Shown here piece by piece: positions 19,888 through 30,028 of a stretch of DNA of 64,000 nt. The notes under the pieces are model-generated. The model worked only from the letters and a program-made list of their open reading frames with translations, did no database searches and was not told the origin of the DNA. Where the stretch lies: NCBI GenBank assembly GCA_965204215.1, contig CBDBDZ010000014.1:101252-165251 (forward strand). The letters are read 5' to 3'. This DNA is from Pseudomonadales bacterium. Its GTDB lineage: Bacteria > Pseudomonadota > Gammaproteobacteria > Pseudomonadales > GM7GCV1. Position numbers and translations under genes: made by a program. Within the stretch, counting starts at the first letter, position 1; each line of letters begins with the position of its first letter.

Positions 19888-20856
19888 TTATTTCGCCCAT
19901 TGCCCATAGCGATTGGCTTTTGAGCGAACAGGTATAGCTTGATATGTTGATGAAGCTGCTGACTCATTACTTACACCATGAGGGACATGACCACTGGCAA
20001 CATATTCACTGGCAGATTCGCAATTACGCGATTGGTCATCAAAAAATACGTCTGCTCCATAAGACTGTAAAAACTCTGCTTTATCCAACCCCCCTAAAAA
20101 TAATGATTCGTCAATGCGAATATTCCAGCTGCGCAAGGTGCGGATTACGCGCTCGTGGCTTGGAGCAGAACGTGCGGTAACTAGTGCGGTGCGAATGGGG
20201 CAACTGTCTTGAGGTAATTGTGTTTGAATATTGTGTAGAGCTGCTAAAAAGGGTCTAAAAGGACCACCGCTTAAATTATTCCAGGCATTTGATTGTTCAT
20301 TTTGAGTAAAGTCTTGCAGACCTCGCTGCTGATAAATTCGCTCCGATTCGTCGCCAAAAATAACGGCATCACCATCAAATGCAAACCGCAATTCTGAATC
20401 ATCGGTTGCAGAGGCATTGTTATCTCGGTTAAACATGGTGGCAGCGGCAACACCTACATCCAGTGCGTGTTTGGCATCATTGCCATCCATTGATAAAAAC
20501 AATTGACTGTTAAAGGCTTTAATGTAACGCCAAGGGTCGCGCCCGCCGCAAAAAGCGGCGCGATCAATATCCAGGCTATGATGTTTTATGGAATTAAAAA
20601 CACGCAATCCACTATCGCCGCTATTGCGGGAGAGTAAAATGACTTCCACTAATTTGTTATTGTGGTCGTAAAGGTTATTGAGGTCGAGGAGTTTTCGAAC
20701 TAAATTAAAGGCCTCTCCAGGCGCTAATGGTGTGTCTTCGTGTTGTATTTGGTAACGCGCATAGGCATCAACACCATCTTGAGTATATACGCTGTGGCTT
20801 TCATCCATGTTAAACAAAGCCCTTGAAGATATTGCAATAACCAGTGGTTGATGCAT
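19888..20856 (-). CDS. putative 5'-nucleotidase family protein
   Basis: 322 aa. The N-terminus PLVIAISSRALFNMDESH and the C-terminal FFDDQ are recalled as resembling the bacterial 5'-nucleotidase family. This was not verified by a search. Confidence 0.55.
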   Translation of the reverse strand: MHQPLVIAISSRALFNMDESHSVYTQDGVDAYARYQIQHEDTPLAPGEAFNLVRKLLDLNNLYDHNNKLVEVILLSRNSGDSGLRVFNSIKHHSLDIDRAAFCGGRDPWRYIKAFNSQLFLSMDGNDAKHALDVGVAAATMFNRDNNASATDDSELRFAFDGDAVIFGDESERIYQQRGLQDFTQNEQSNAWNNLSGGPFRPFLAALHNIQTQLPQDSCPIRTALVTARSAPSHERVIRTLRSWNIRIDESLFLGGLDKAEFLQSYGADVFFDDQSRNCESASEYVASGHVPHGVSNESAASSTYQAIPVRSKANRYGQWAK

Positions 20857-20914
20857 TGTGCTAGCTCATAATGGTTAAATTCTAGGCTAACCTATGATAG
20901 CCTTTAATCTGGGT

Positions 20915-21259
20915 TTAAGCAATCCCCTTGATTGTGCCTTTAGGTAGCACAGCGTGAACTGCCTGACGTTGAAATGATAATTCTATGGCTTTGTTGTTGT
21001 CTTTGCCAGCCTTAACGCTAACGTAGTGGTCATCTAATGTAGTTATTTTGCCAAGCATGCCGCTGGTTAAAACCACTTCATCGCCAACACTAAGGCTATT
21101 AACTAACTGTTGATGCTCTTTTTGACGTTTGCGCTGCGGGCGAATGAGAAGCAGGTACATCAATAAAAATAAGCCACCAAAAATAAGTAATTGAAAAATT
21201 GGGTTAGACTCAGATGTTGCAGCCTGGGCATAGGCAGGAGTAATAAAAAAATCTAGCAT
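20915..21259 (-). CDS. yajC: preprotein translocase subunit YajC
   Basis: 114 aa with a single TM, RPQRKRQKEH and GDEVVLTSGMLGKI. Confidence 0.9.
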   Translation of the reverse strand: MLDFFITPAYAQAATSESNPIFQLLIFGGLFLLMYLLLIRPQRKRQKEHQQLVNSLSVGDEVVLTSGMLGKITTLDDHYVSVKAGKDNNKAIELSFQRQAVHAVLPKGTIKGIA

Positions 21260-21274
21260 AATGTTAATAATGTA

Positions 21275-21730
21275 TTATTTATAGTAATTGAGTAAATCGG
21301 TGTGATGTGTTTTGGTTTTGACTTTATCCATAACAGAGCTGATAACACCTTGTTCATTAATAAAAAAAGTACTGCGAACAACCCCCATATATTCTTTGCC
21401 CATAAATTTCTTTAATTGCCAAACACTGTAAGCTTTACTGGTTTCAGTTTCAGGGTCTGACAATAAATCAAAGTTCAATTGATGCTTTTCTTCAAACTTT
21501 TTAAGTTTGTTTGGCAAATCAGGGCTTACAGCAAAGACTTTAATACCTTTGGCAGCAAGGTCGTTTTTACTATCGCGAATACCGCAGGCTTGTACAGTGC
21601 AACCAGGAGTCAGAGCCTTAGGGTAAAAGTAAACAACAATGGGCTTACCGCGATAGTCACTGAGTTTTATTGATTCGCCATTCTGATTTAGTAGCTCAAA
21701 ATCAGGTGCGCTGTCGCCAACTTGTAACAT
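21275..21730 (-). CDS. bcp: thioredoxin-dependent peroxiredoxin Bcp
   Basis: I trimmed the ORF to MLQVGDSAPDFEL. The peroxidatic Cys context is FYPKALTPGCT. Confidence 0.88.
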   Translation of the reverse strand: MLQVGDSAPDFELLNQNGESIKLSDYRGKPIVVYFYPKALTPGCTVQACGIRDSKNDLAAKGIKVFAVSPDLPNKLKKFEEKHQLNFDLLSDPETETSKAYSVWQLKKFMGKEYMGVVRSTFFINEQGVISSVMDKVKTKTHHTDLLNYYK

Positions 21731-21740
21731 AAAAAAGCAA

Positions 21741-22721
21741 TTAAGGTAGTAAGTGGTTAACGGCATCACGCTCTTCCTTTAGCTCTTGTTCGGTAGCGCG
21801 CATTTTGGCAATGGAAAATTCATTGTTTTCCAAACCTTGAACAATGCTCCAATCGCCATTTTTGCAAACGCAGGGCATACCATAAATTAGACCTTTTTCT
21901 ATACCGTAGCTTCCGTCACTGTATATGCCCATGCTTACCCAATCGTTCACAGTTGTTCCCAAAGCCCAGGAACGCATGTGGTCTATAGCTGCCGATGCTG
22001 CAGAGGCCGCGGAGGAAGCGCCTCGCGCATCAATAATTGCTGCGCCGCGTTGTTGTACAGTGGGAATAAAATCAGATTTGTACCAATGGCTGTCAATACC
22101 ATCAATAACAGCGTTGCCGTTAATTGTAGTATGGTGCAAATCAGGGTATTGTGTTGATGAATGATTACCCCAAATAATCATTTTTGAAATATCGGTACTG
22201 GCTACTTGCTGTTTTGATGCCAGCTGTGAAATGGCTCGGTTGTGGTCAAGGCGAACCATGGCGGTAAACTGTCTGGGGTTGATAGAAGGTGCATTGCGTT
22301 GGGTAATCAACGCATTGGTATTGGCTGGGTTGCCCACTACTAAAACTTTTATGTTACGGCTGGCAACAGCGTCAATGGCTTTACCTTGAACTGAAAAGAT
22401 AGCAGCATTGGCTTCCAGCAAATCTTTGCGTTCCATGCCAGGGCCTCTAGGTCTTGCGCCTACCAACAGAGCATAATCGCTATCTTTAAATGCGATATCA
22501 GGATCGTCAGTTGTAATAATGTCATGTAGTAGTGGAAAGGCGCAATCTTCTAATTCCATGGCTACTCCTTGTAGTGCGTTCAACGCAGGAGTAATTTCAA
22601 GACATTGTAGAATTACTGGTTGATCATCGCCTAGCATATTACCTACGGCAATTCGAAAAAGTAAAGAGTAGCTAATTTGGCCAGCAGCACCAGTAACAGT
22701 AACACGAATGGGAGTTTTCAT
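21741..22721 (-). CDS. mdh: malate dehydrogenase (LDH-like, about 326 aa type)
   Basis: The real start is [18 protein letters not shown] at 22721, with a GAGG 9 nt upstream. The 35 extra ORF codons upstream are a translation through tRNA-His. Confidence 0.9.
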   Translation of the reverse strand: MKTPIRVTVTGAAGQISYSLLFRIAVGNMLGDDQPVILQCLEITPALNALQGVAMELEDCAFPLLHDIITTDDPDIAFKDSDYALLVGARPRGPGMERKDLLEANAAIFSVQGKAIDAVASRNIKVLVVGNPANTNALITQRNAPSINPRQFTAMVRLDHNRAISQLASKQQVASTDISKMIIWGNHSSTQYPDLHHTTINGNAVIDGIDSHWYKSDFIPTVQQRGAAIIDARGASSAASAASAAIDHMRSWALGTTVNDWVSMGIYSDGSYGIEKGLIYGMPCVCKNGDWSIVQGLENNEFSIAKMRATEQELKEERDAVNHLLP

Positions 22722-22747
22722 AAATAGTAACCTCTGTATCAATTTAA

Positions 22748-22824
22748 TGGGGTGGCTGACGGGATTTGAACCCGCGACCACTGGAATCACAATCCAGCGC
22801 TCTACCAACTGAGCTACAGCCACC
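22748..22824 (-). tRNA. tRNA-His (GTG)
   Basis: 77 nt: GGTGGCTGTAGCTCAGTTGGTAGAGC...TTGTGAT...GGTTCAAATCC...CCA. It has the extra G-1 typical of tRNA-His and an encoded CCA. Confidence 0.92.
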
Positions 22825-22838
22825 ATAGGAAGGAGTCA

Positions 22839-22915
22839 TGGCGCGCCCGCCAGGACTCGAACCTGGAACCTACGGCTTAGAAGGCCGTTGCTCTATCCAG
22901 TTGAGCTACAAGCGC
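22839..22915 (-). tRNA. tRNA-Arg (TCT)
   Basis: 77 nt: GCGCTTGTAGCTCAACTGGATAGAGC, anticodon loop CTTCTAA, T-arm CCAGGTTCGAGTCCTGG, and an encoded CCA. Confidence 0.9.
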
Positions 22916-22939
22916 AAGTCAACAACATTATTATTAAAC

Positions 22940-23016
22940 TGGTCGGGGTAGAGAGATTCGAACTCCCGACATCCTGCTCCCAAAGCAGGCGCGCTACCAG
23001 ACTGCGCTATACCCCG
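22940..23016 (-). tRNA. tRNA-Pro (TGG)
   Basis: 77 nt: CGGGGTATAGCGCAGTCTGGTAGCGC, anticodon loop TTTGGGA, and an acceptor end TACCCCGACCA. Confidence 0.9.
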
Positions 23017-23115
23017 GAAATCAAAGGGCGCATAATACTGTCACTTAAAGAATCTGTCTAGCCCCAACTTGCTGAAATAGGTATAATAACACGTCTTTAT
23101 CTCAAACAGCTCACT

Positions 23116-24240
23116 ATGAACTTTGAATCACCCATTGTGCGCCGCCGCTCTAACCAAATTATGGTCGGCAATGTTCCTGTAGGTGGCGATGCCCCTATTG
23201 CGGTACAAAGTATGACCAATACTGAAACAACCGATATTGATGCAACTGTCGCTCAAATTAATGCAATGGTTGATGTGGGGGCAGATATTGTCAGGGTGTC
23301 AACGCCCACTATAGAAGCAGCAGAAGCTTTGGCTGAAATACGCAATCAAGTAACAGTGCCATTAGTTGCCGATATCCACTTTGATTACAAAATTGCTCTG
23401 AAAGTTGCCGATTGTGGGGCAGACTGTTTACGTATTAACCCTGGCAACATAGGTAGAGAAGATAGAGTCAGGCAGGTGGTGGATAGAGCCAAAGACAAAA
23501 ATATCCCTATTCGCATTGGTGTTAATGCAGGTTCCTTAGAAAAAGATTTGCAAAAGAAATATGGCGAACCTACAGCTGAAGCCCTGGTAGAGTCAGCTAT
23601 GCGTCATATCGATATTTTGGACAAACTGGATTTTCCCAATTTTAAACTCAGCCTAAAGGCATCCGAAGTCTTTATGACCGTTGATGCATATCGACTAATT
23701 GCCAGTAAAATTGATCAACCACTGCATTTGGGTATTACCGAAGCTGGTAGCTTTCGCACAGGCACTGTTAAATCATCAGTAGGTTTAGGTTTATTATTAA
23801 TGGATGGTATAGGAGACACATTGCGCATTTCTTTGGCAGCAGACCCAGTAGAAGAAGTACGTGTAGGCTGGGATTTGCTTAAAAGCCTTAAATTGCGTAA
23901 CAAAGGTGTTAACTTAATTGCCTGCCCGAGTTGCTCCAGACAAAATTTTGACGTGATAAAAACTGTCAACGAATTGGAAATGCGCCTTGATGATATTAAA
24001 ACCCCAATTGATGTTGCAGTAATTGGCTGTTATGTCAACGGACCTGGTGAGTCAAAAGTAGTGGATGTCGGCTTAACTGGTGCTGCATATGAGCACCTTG
24101 TCTACCAGGATGGCAAGCCCAGCAAAAAAATTGCGACGGAAAATATCGTTGATGATCTGGAAGCTATGATAAGGGCAAAGGTTGCGAAAAAGGAATTAGA
24201 GAAAGCGAATATCATTGCCAGCCAAGCCGCTGGATTATAA
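23116..24240 (+). CDS. ispG: 4-hydroxy-3-methylbut-2-en-1-yl diphosphate synthase
   Basis: 374 aa with [22 protein letters not shown] and the Fe-S cysteines CPSCSR ... GCYVNGPGE. Confidence 0.92.
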   Translation: MNFESPIVRRRSNQIMVGNVPVGGDAPIAVQSMTNTETTDIDATVAQINAMVDVGADIVRVSTPTIEAAEALAEIRNQVTVPLVADIHFDYKIALKVADCGADCLRINPGNIGREDRVRQVVDRAKDKNIPIRIGVNAGSLEKDLQKKYGEPTAEALVESAMRHIDILDKLDFPNFKLSLKASEVFMTVDAYRLIASKIDQPLHLGITEAGSFRTGTVKSSVGLGLLLMDGIGDTLRISLAADPVEEVRVGWDLLKSLKLRNKGVNLIACPSCSRQNFDVIKTVNELEMRLDDIKTPIDVAVIGCYVNGPGESKVVDVGLTGAAYEHLVYQDGKPSKKIATENIVDDLEAMIRAKVAKKELEKANIIASQAAGL

Positions 24241-24241
24241 T

Positions 24242-25552
24242 ATGAGCGATAACATTCAATCAATAAGAGGGATGAATGACTTATTGCCTGGCGATTCAGC
24301 ACGCTGGCAGTGGGTTGAGGGCAGAATTATTGATGTAATGCAGCGTTATGGTTATAAGCAGATTCGTTTTCCTATAGCGGAAAAAACAGAGTTGTTTTGT
24401 CGTTCTATTGGCGAAGTTACCGATATTGTCGAAAAGGAAATGTACACCTTTAATGACCGTAGTGGAGAGTCGATAACACTGCGCCCAGAGGGCACAGCAG
24501 GTTGCGTGCGCGCAGCAATGCAGCACAATTTACTGGAAACGCCTCAGCGTCTCTGGTATCAAGGGCCAATGTTTCGCTATGAACGCCCACAAAAGGGAAG
24601 GTCGCGGCAATTTCATCAATTTGGTGTTGAGATATTCGGCTTGGAAGGTCCTGATATTGACGCCGAATTAATTGCCATGACAGCACAGTTCTGGCATGAA
24701 TTGGGGGTCAGTGATGCATTGACGTTACAGTTGAATTCATTGGGTACAGCTACATCACGAGCGGCGCATCGTAGTGCGTTAGTTGCGTTTTTCAACAATC
24801 ATATTAACGAACTTGATGATGATAGTAAGCGCAGACTAACTGGTAATCCCCTACGTATATTGGACTCTAAAAATGTTAATACACAAGCTATTGCGTCTAA
24901 TGCACCACAATTGATAGATTATTTAAGCGATGAAGAGCTAGTACATTTTAAACAACTTCAAAAATTGTTAACGGCTCTAAATGTCAATTTTCAAATTAAT
25001 CCACGCTTGGTTCGGGGTTTAGATTATTATACCCACACAGTATTTGAGTGGGTAACCAACCAACTCGGCGCGCAAGGAACAGTGCTGGGCGGTGGTCGGT
25101 ACAATGGTTTGGTGCAGCAACTTGGGTCTAAAAAGCCTGTTGCAGGATTGGGTTTTGGTATGGGTATTGAACGGCTGGTATTGCTGGTTGAAGCCTGTAA
25201 TTCAGACGATCTAAACAATGTACCGACACTTGATGCTTATTTTATTATTGAAGATATTGCTAAAACTCAAGGCATGCAACTAGCTCAAACTCTTAGGCAA
25301 CAAACCACTATTCAACTGCAAACTCACTGCGGAGGGGGCAGTATTAAAAGTCAAATGAAAAAAGCGGATAAAAGTATGGCAAAGTTTGCGTTGATTCTTG
25401 GTCAAAATGAAGTCACTAACAGTACTGTAACGATTAAGCCACTACGTGCAGAAATGACTTCTTCTTTACCGCAGCAAATACAAATGAGCGAAGAAGAATT
25501 AATACAATTCTTTAAGGAAACCCTGATAAGTCCTGCTGGTGTAGCGAAGTAA
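24242..25552 (+). CDS. hisS: histidine--tRNA ligase
   Basis: I chose ATG 24242 (MSDNIQSIRGMNDLLP). Supporting motifs are the class II motif RYERPQKGRSRQFHQFG and GGGRYNGL. Confidence 0.9.
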   Translation: MSDNIQSIRGMNDLLPGDSARWQWVEGRIIDVMQRYGYKQIRFPIAEKTELFCRSIGEVTDIVEKEMYTFNDRSGESITLRPEGTAGCVRAAMQHNLLETPQRLWYQGPMFRYERPQKGRSRQFHQFGVEIFGLEGPDIDAELIAMTAQFWHELGVSDALTLQLNSLGTATSRAAHRSALVAFFNNHINELDDDSKRRLTGNPLRILDSKNVNTQAIASNAPQLIDYLSDEELVHFKQLQKLLTALNVNFQINPRLVRGLDYYTHTVFEWVTNQLGAQGTVLGGGRYNGLVQQLGSKKPVAGLGFGMGIERLVLLVEACNSDDLNNVPTLDAYFIIEDIAKTQGMQLAQTLRQQTTIQLQTHCGGGSIKSQMKKADKSMAKFALILGQNEVTNSTVTIKPLRAEMTSSLPQQIQMSEEELIQFFKETLISPAGVAK

Positions 25553-25588
25553 ACCGGATTAAAAAAACGATTAATTCATACTTTTACC

Positions 25589-26716
25589 ATGCTACCTGAT
25601 TTTAAATTGGAAACTTATTTTTCTAAATGGGAGTTTAGTGCGCGTTATCATCTTACTGCATCAGATGCCCAAAGTATTTCACTGCGTGACTTACTGGCAA
25701 TAGCGACCGATGAGGAACGCGAAGAATTTGAAGGTATGTGGCTGGGCTATACTGAAACCTATGGGGCTTTTGATTTGCGTGAAGTTATAGCCACCACCTA
25801 CAGCAGCCAAAGCCCTGAAAATATTTTATGTTTTGCTGGCGCAAGCGAAGCCATTTTTGCTGCCAATGCGATTATTTTAGACAAAGATAGCCATGCCATT
25901 GTGGTTACTCCCAATTATCAATCACATGAAACGCTGCCAGTCACTATTTGCGAAGCAACAGGTGTCCCGTTGGAGGCGAATGATAATTGGTCGCTGGATA
26001 TTGATAGAATTGCAGCTGCTATAAAATCCAATACCAAATTAGTGACTATCAATTTTCCGCACAACCCAACAGGGGCCATATTACCGTTAGATAGCTACCA
26101 CGCATTAATAGCACTGTGTCGTAAGTATGGTATTTATATTTTACACGATGAAATTTTTAATGGGCTAGGCCCTACAGGTGTCAAGCACCTACCCTTTGTA
26201 GCTGATTTGTATGAGCGCGGTTTATCACTCAATGTTATGTCTAAATCTTATGGCTTGCCTGGACTTAGACTTGGTTGGGTTGCCAGCCAGGATAAAGTCA
26301 TATTATCGAAAATGGAGCGTTTAAAACACTACCTATCCATTTGCAATTCAGGTCCCAGTGAGCGTTTAGCTAAAATAGCATTACGTTACCGCAAACAATT
26401 ATTGGATAGAAATTGTGCTATTGTTGATGAGAACCTGGCAAAGTGGGATGCATTTTTTGCAAACTACCCCAACCTGTTTGAATGGCAAAGACCTGATGGT
26501 TCTTGTACTGCATTTCCTAAATACCTGGGCGCTGAAGGCGTTGAAGTCTTTTGTAAATCTTTAGTTGAGGAAAGTGGTGTATTATTTTTGCCAGGTAGCA
26601 TTTACTCCTCTACACTGACACCAACTCCTACTGATCGGTTTCGCCTAAGCTTTGGTCGTGAAAATTTAGATGATGGGTTACAAGCATTACACCAACATAT
26701 CTTAAAATTTTTATGA
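25589..26716 (+). CDS. PLP-dependent aminotransferase, class I/II
   Basis: 375 aa. The SKSYGLPGLRLGW motif contains the PLP lysine, and NFPHNPTG is present. Confidence 0.8.
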   Translation: MLPDFKLETYFSKWEFSARYHLTASDAQSISLRDLLAIATDEEREEFEGMWLGYTETYGAFDLREVIATTYSSQSPENILCFAGASEAIFAANAIILDKDSHAIVVTPNYQSHETLPVTICEATGVPLEANDNWSLDIDRIAAAIKSNTKLVTINFPHNPTGAILPLDSYHALIALCRKYGIYILHDEIFNGLGPTGVKHLPFVADLYERGLSLNVMSKSYGLPGLRLGWVASQDKVILSKMERLKHYLSICNSGPSERLAKIALRYRKQLLDRNCAIVDENLAKWDAFFANYPNLFEWQRPDGSCTAFPKYLGAEGVEVFCKSLVEESGVLFLPGSIYSSTLTPTPTDRFRLSFGRENLDDGLQALHQHILKFL

Positions 26717-27987
26717 AAACTCCTGCTTATTTTTTGATTGCCCTGCTATTGGTAGCCTGCGGTAAATTCAAGCAAACTGAACCCACAGAGGCTACCGAAA
26801 GCCTTCACCAATTATGGGACGAATACTATGCAACCATTGAAGAAGTCAGGCAGGAATTTATCAGCAGCGATGTATTTGACATTGACGATGCTCACCGCGC
26901 AGGAGCTTACGATTTATTGCAATCGTTTATCGCCTCTAATACGGCGCGTACCATGCAAGCGGATATATACAATCCACACATAGGCATTATGCTTTCACCG
27001 AGTATTCGATTGGGTATTGATAATCCCGACACATTTTACCGCAATACTTTTGTTGGCAACCCTACGGGCGATTGGGTTTATCGAATTTGGGGCAATCGCG
27101 GCAATACGGCCGACTGGTTACTGGAATTATTCGATAGTGCCAATCCTAAAGGGGCGATTAGCGTTTTTGAAGATGAAGATTTAATCACGGATGGAAATGG
27201 TAATTATGAAGTGTTTTTAAGTGCTGAGAAAATGGGCGTTAACTGGATGCAGCTAAAACCAACCAATGGGCAGCTTAATCTGATTATTCGCGATAGCTAC
27301 AGCAATTGGGAAGCGGAAAAAGGCAGCACCGTTTTTATTGAACGCTTGGGCAGTGCGGGTATTCCTTCAGCTAATCCACATGAATCGCAGTTATTAACGC
27401 CACTAAAAACAGCGTTGGGCGTGCTAAAAAGACAAGGCAGATTTTGGGTCGATTTTGCTAAAAAATTACAATTGTTAGGACATAACAACTTTTCAAAATT
27501 TAAAGCTACCGAATCATTGGGTATTATTTCACAATACTATGGCGTCGGTTATTTCAGCTTAGAAGATGACGAGGCGTTGGTATTTAAACTACCGGAAGTT
27601 AATGCGGGTTATTGCGGGACACATATCAGCAATTTTTGGGCATCGGCACCCGATTGGGTCAATCGACAAGTAAGTCTGTCATGGTGCCGCAATGGTCAAG
27701 GGCAAGCCTACAAAGCCAAAGACGGCATGTATTATTTTGTCGTATCGTCGCGCGACGCAGGTATTCAAAACTGGATGGATACCGCAGGCTTAACCCAAGG
27801 GTTAGTGATATTGCGCATTCAAAGCCCCTATGAAGATATTAATTTAAAACCCCAAGGGCAACTAATTAAATTAGCCGATTTAGACCAGTATATTCCACAA
27901 GATATGCCGCGTTGGGATGCAAAGCGCAGAAAGCAACAAATCAAAATGCGTCAAAACCATGTAAGACAGCGTTATCAAACCTATTAA
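26713..27987 (+). CDS. hypothetical lipoprotein
   Basis: 424 aa with a lipobox (LLLVAC GK). Its start overlaps the aminotransferase stop (ATGA). No domain recognised. Confidence 0.7.
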   Translation: MKTPAYFLIALLLVACGKFKQTEPTEATESLHQLWDEYYATIEEVRQEFISSDVFDIDDAHRAGAYDLLQSFIASNTARTMQADIYNPHIGIMLSPSIRLGIDNPDTFYRNTFVGNPTGDWVYRIWGNRGNTADWLLELFDSANPKGAISVFEDEDLITDGNGNYEVFLSAEKMGVNWMQLKPTNGQLNLIIRDSYSNWEAEKGSTVFIERLGSAGIPSANPHESQLLTPLKTALGVLKRQGRFWVDFAKKLQLLGHNNFSKFKATESLGIISQYYGVGYFSLEDDEALVFKLPEVNAGYCGTHISNFWASAPDWVNRQVSLSWCRNGQGQAYKAKDGMYYFVVSSRDAGIQNWMDTAGLTQGLVILRIQSPYEDINLKPQGQLIKLADLDQYIPQDMPRWDAKRRKQQIKMRQNHVRQRYQTY

Positions 27988-28007
27988 CCCAGATTGAGAC
28001 TTGATGC

Positions 28008-28490
28008 CTAAGAAGATTTTTGTATCTTTGCCAACAAACTCACCATTTCTAGCGCTGTATTGGTAGCTTCAAAACCTTTGTTGCCAGCATTATCTTCGCA
28101 GCGTTCCATGGCTTGTTTAACATTATCGACTGTCAACACACCAAAAGTGATGGGTAAATGATATTGACGTTGCACTTGTCCAAGACCTGTTGTACATTCG
28201 CTGCAAACGTATTCAAAATGTGGCGTTCCACCGCGAATGACACAACCCAAGGCAATAATGGCGGCATAGTTGCCAGTAGCCGCCAGGGTTTGGGCGGCTA
28301 TGGGTAGCTCCATTGCGCCTGGTACTTTAATAAGTGTAATGCAATTTTCATTTATATTAGATTGCTTAAAGGCTTTTAGTGCACCACTGACCAGGTTGTC
28401 GGTAACAAAGCTATTCCATTTGGTAGTGAGAACGGCAAATTGCTTTGTATTACCGCTGATAGCTTCGGCTTGAGATTCGATTATTTTCAT
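28008..28490 (-). CDS. ribH: 6,7-dimethyl-8-ribityllumazine synthase
   Basis: 160 aa with VPGAMELP and GCVIRGGTPHFEYV. Confidence 0.9.
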   Translation of the reverse strand: MKIIESQAEAISGNTKQFAVLTTKWNSFVTDNLVSGALKAFKQSNINENCITLIKVPGAMELPIAAQTLAATGNYAAIIALGCVIRGGTPHFEYVCSECTTGLGQVQRQYHLPITFGVLTVDNVKQAMERCEDNAGNKGFEATNTALEMVSLLAKIQKSS

Positions 28491-28584
28491 ATAAGAATTT
28501 TTGGAGCTAATAGTAGTGTACCTAATGAAATGTTACGTTAAAGCACGGACACCTGACTGCTCGCCATTATAGCTTTAAAATTGA

Positions 28585-29331
28585 TTACAGAGAAGGTAAA
28601 CTAAGTTTTGCCATACGTCCACCGTCCACTGCCCATACTTGCCCAGTAACAAAATTCGATTCATCAGACAATAACCAACAAGTTAAGTTGGCAATATCCT
28701 CAGGTGTGCCTGTTCGGCCAAGAGGATGAATGGTTTTAAGATTTTGTTTGAACGCTGCAGGATTGGGCATGGACTCAATAAAATCATTGTTTAAATCGGT
28801 ATCAATCCAACCTGGAGCAATAGCATTGCAACGAATGTTGTCAATGCCGTGGTCAATAGCAACGGCGCGCGTGAGTGCGTGCAGCCCACCTTTACTGGCG
28901 CAGTAAGCACTGTGTAAAGGGTTTGCGCCCAGCCCTTCAATGCTGCCGATATTCACAATACTACCACTGGTTTGGATTAAGTAAGGCAATGCGTATTTTA
29001 TTAATAGAAAGGGTGCAGTGAGGTTAATACTTAAATTAAGATTCCAGTCTTCCAGGCTAGTGTCTTGAATGGAGCGTTCAAACATCATGCCAGCGTTATT
29101 AACAAGGCCATCGAGTTGACCAAATGTATCATAGGTGCTTTTAATCAGCCTTTGACAGGCTTCGGGCTTGGATAAATCGGTTTGAATAAAATGGCCTGAA
29201 TCGGATTCAGAACGCTGCCCTACAACTACCTGTGCACCGCGTTGAATTAGCGTTTGAGTAATGGCAGCGCCAATACCGCTACTGCCGCCGCTAACGATAA
29301 AAACTTTATTAGTAAACGGCTTTGCCACCAT
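28585..29331 (-). CDS. SDR-family oxidoreductase
   Basis: 248 aa with SGGSSGIGAAI (TGxxxGxG-like), NNAG, and YCASK as the catalytic Y-x3-K. Confidence 0.85.
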   Translation of the reverse strand: MVAKPFTNKVFIVSGGSSGIGAAITQTLIQRGAQVVVGQRSESDSGHFIQTDLSKPEACQRLIKSTYDTFGQLDGLVNNAGMMFERSIQDTSLEDWNLNLSINLTAPFLLIKYALPYLIQTSGSIVNIGSIEGLGANPLHSAYCASKGGLHALTRAVAIDHGIDNIRCNAIAPGWIDTDLNNDFIESMPNPAAFKQNLKTIHPLGRTGTPEDIANLTCWLLSDESNFVTGQVWAVDGGRMAKLSLPSL

Positions 29332-30028
29332 TTACCTCCAGGGTTGTACCTGTGATATAACGCGATTCGTTTGAGGCTAAAAAAGCTACAACATCGGCAA
29401 TGTCTTCAGCTTCGGCAATACGTCCAAGAGGAACCGTTTCACCCAGTTTGGCAACTGCGGTTTCGGGATTGAAACCACGTCTTTCAAAACCGCTGCGAAG
29501 CATAGCGGTGTTAACTTCATTAGGGCAAACTGCATTGGCTCGTATGCCTTGATGTGCATGGTCGCGGCCTAAACACTGTGTCAATGCAGCAACGGCAGCT
29601 TTTGATGTGCAATAAGCAATATGGTCAGGCCCAGGGTATAATCCCCAACATGAGGCGATATTGACAATCACTCCACCGCCTTGCTCACTCATAATAGCAA
29701 CCGCGGAGCGGCATATTCGAAATACTGCATTGACGTTAACTTGCATGGACAATTGCCAGTCATTGTCGCTGGTCTGTTGTATGTTGCCGCGGCAAATAAT
29801 GCCTGCGTTATTGATAACAATATCTAAACCACCTGCTAAGTCAAATGCTTCTTCAACGAGCCGGTTACAAAAAGTATTGTCAGTTAAATCGCCAGTGATA
29901 TTGTGGTGGGCATTGTCAACAGGCTTAATATCGCAAGCAATAATAGTCGCTCCCTGTTGCAAAAATTTATTGACAATGGCGGTTCCAATGCCTCCTGCTG
30001 CACCAGTGATAAGAATTCTAGCTGACAT
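29309..30028 (-). CDS. SDR-family oxidoreductase
   Basis: I trimmed the ORF to MSARILITGAAGGIGTAI. It has NNAG and YCTSK. It overlaps both neighbours, which suggests translational coupling. Confidence 0.85.
   Translation of the reverse strand: MSARILITGAAGGIGTAIVNKFLQQGATIIACDIKPVDNAHHNITGDLTDNTFCNRLVEEAFDLAGGLDIVINNAGIICRGNIQQTSDNDWQLSMQVNVNAVFRICRSAVAIMSEQGGGVIVNIASCWGLYPGPDHIAYCTSKAAVAALTQCLGRDHAHQGIRANAVCPNEVNTAMLRSGFERRGFNPETAVAKLGETVPLGRIAEAEDIADVVAFLASNESRYITGTTLEVNGGKAVY

Noticed and set aside
22722-22826. N-terminal 35-codon extension of the mdh ORF ([26 protein letters not shown]...)
   Set aside because: This stretch is the reverse strand of tRNA-His. The real mdh start is [14 protein letters not shown], which has a GAGG upstream.
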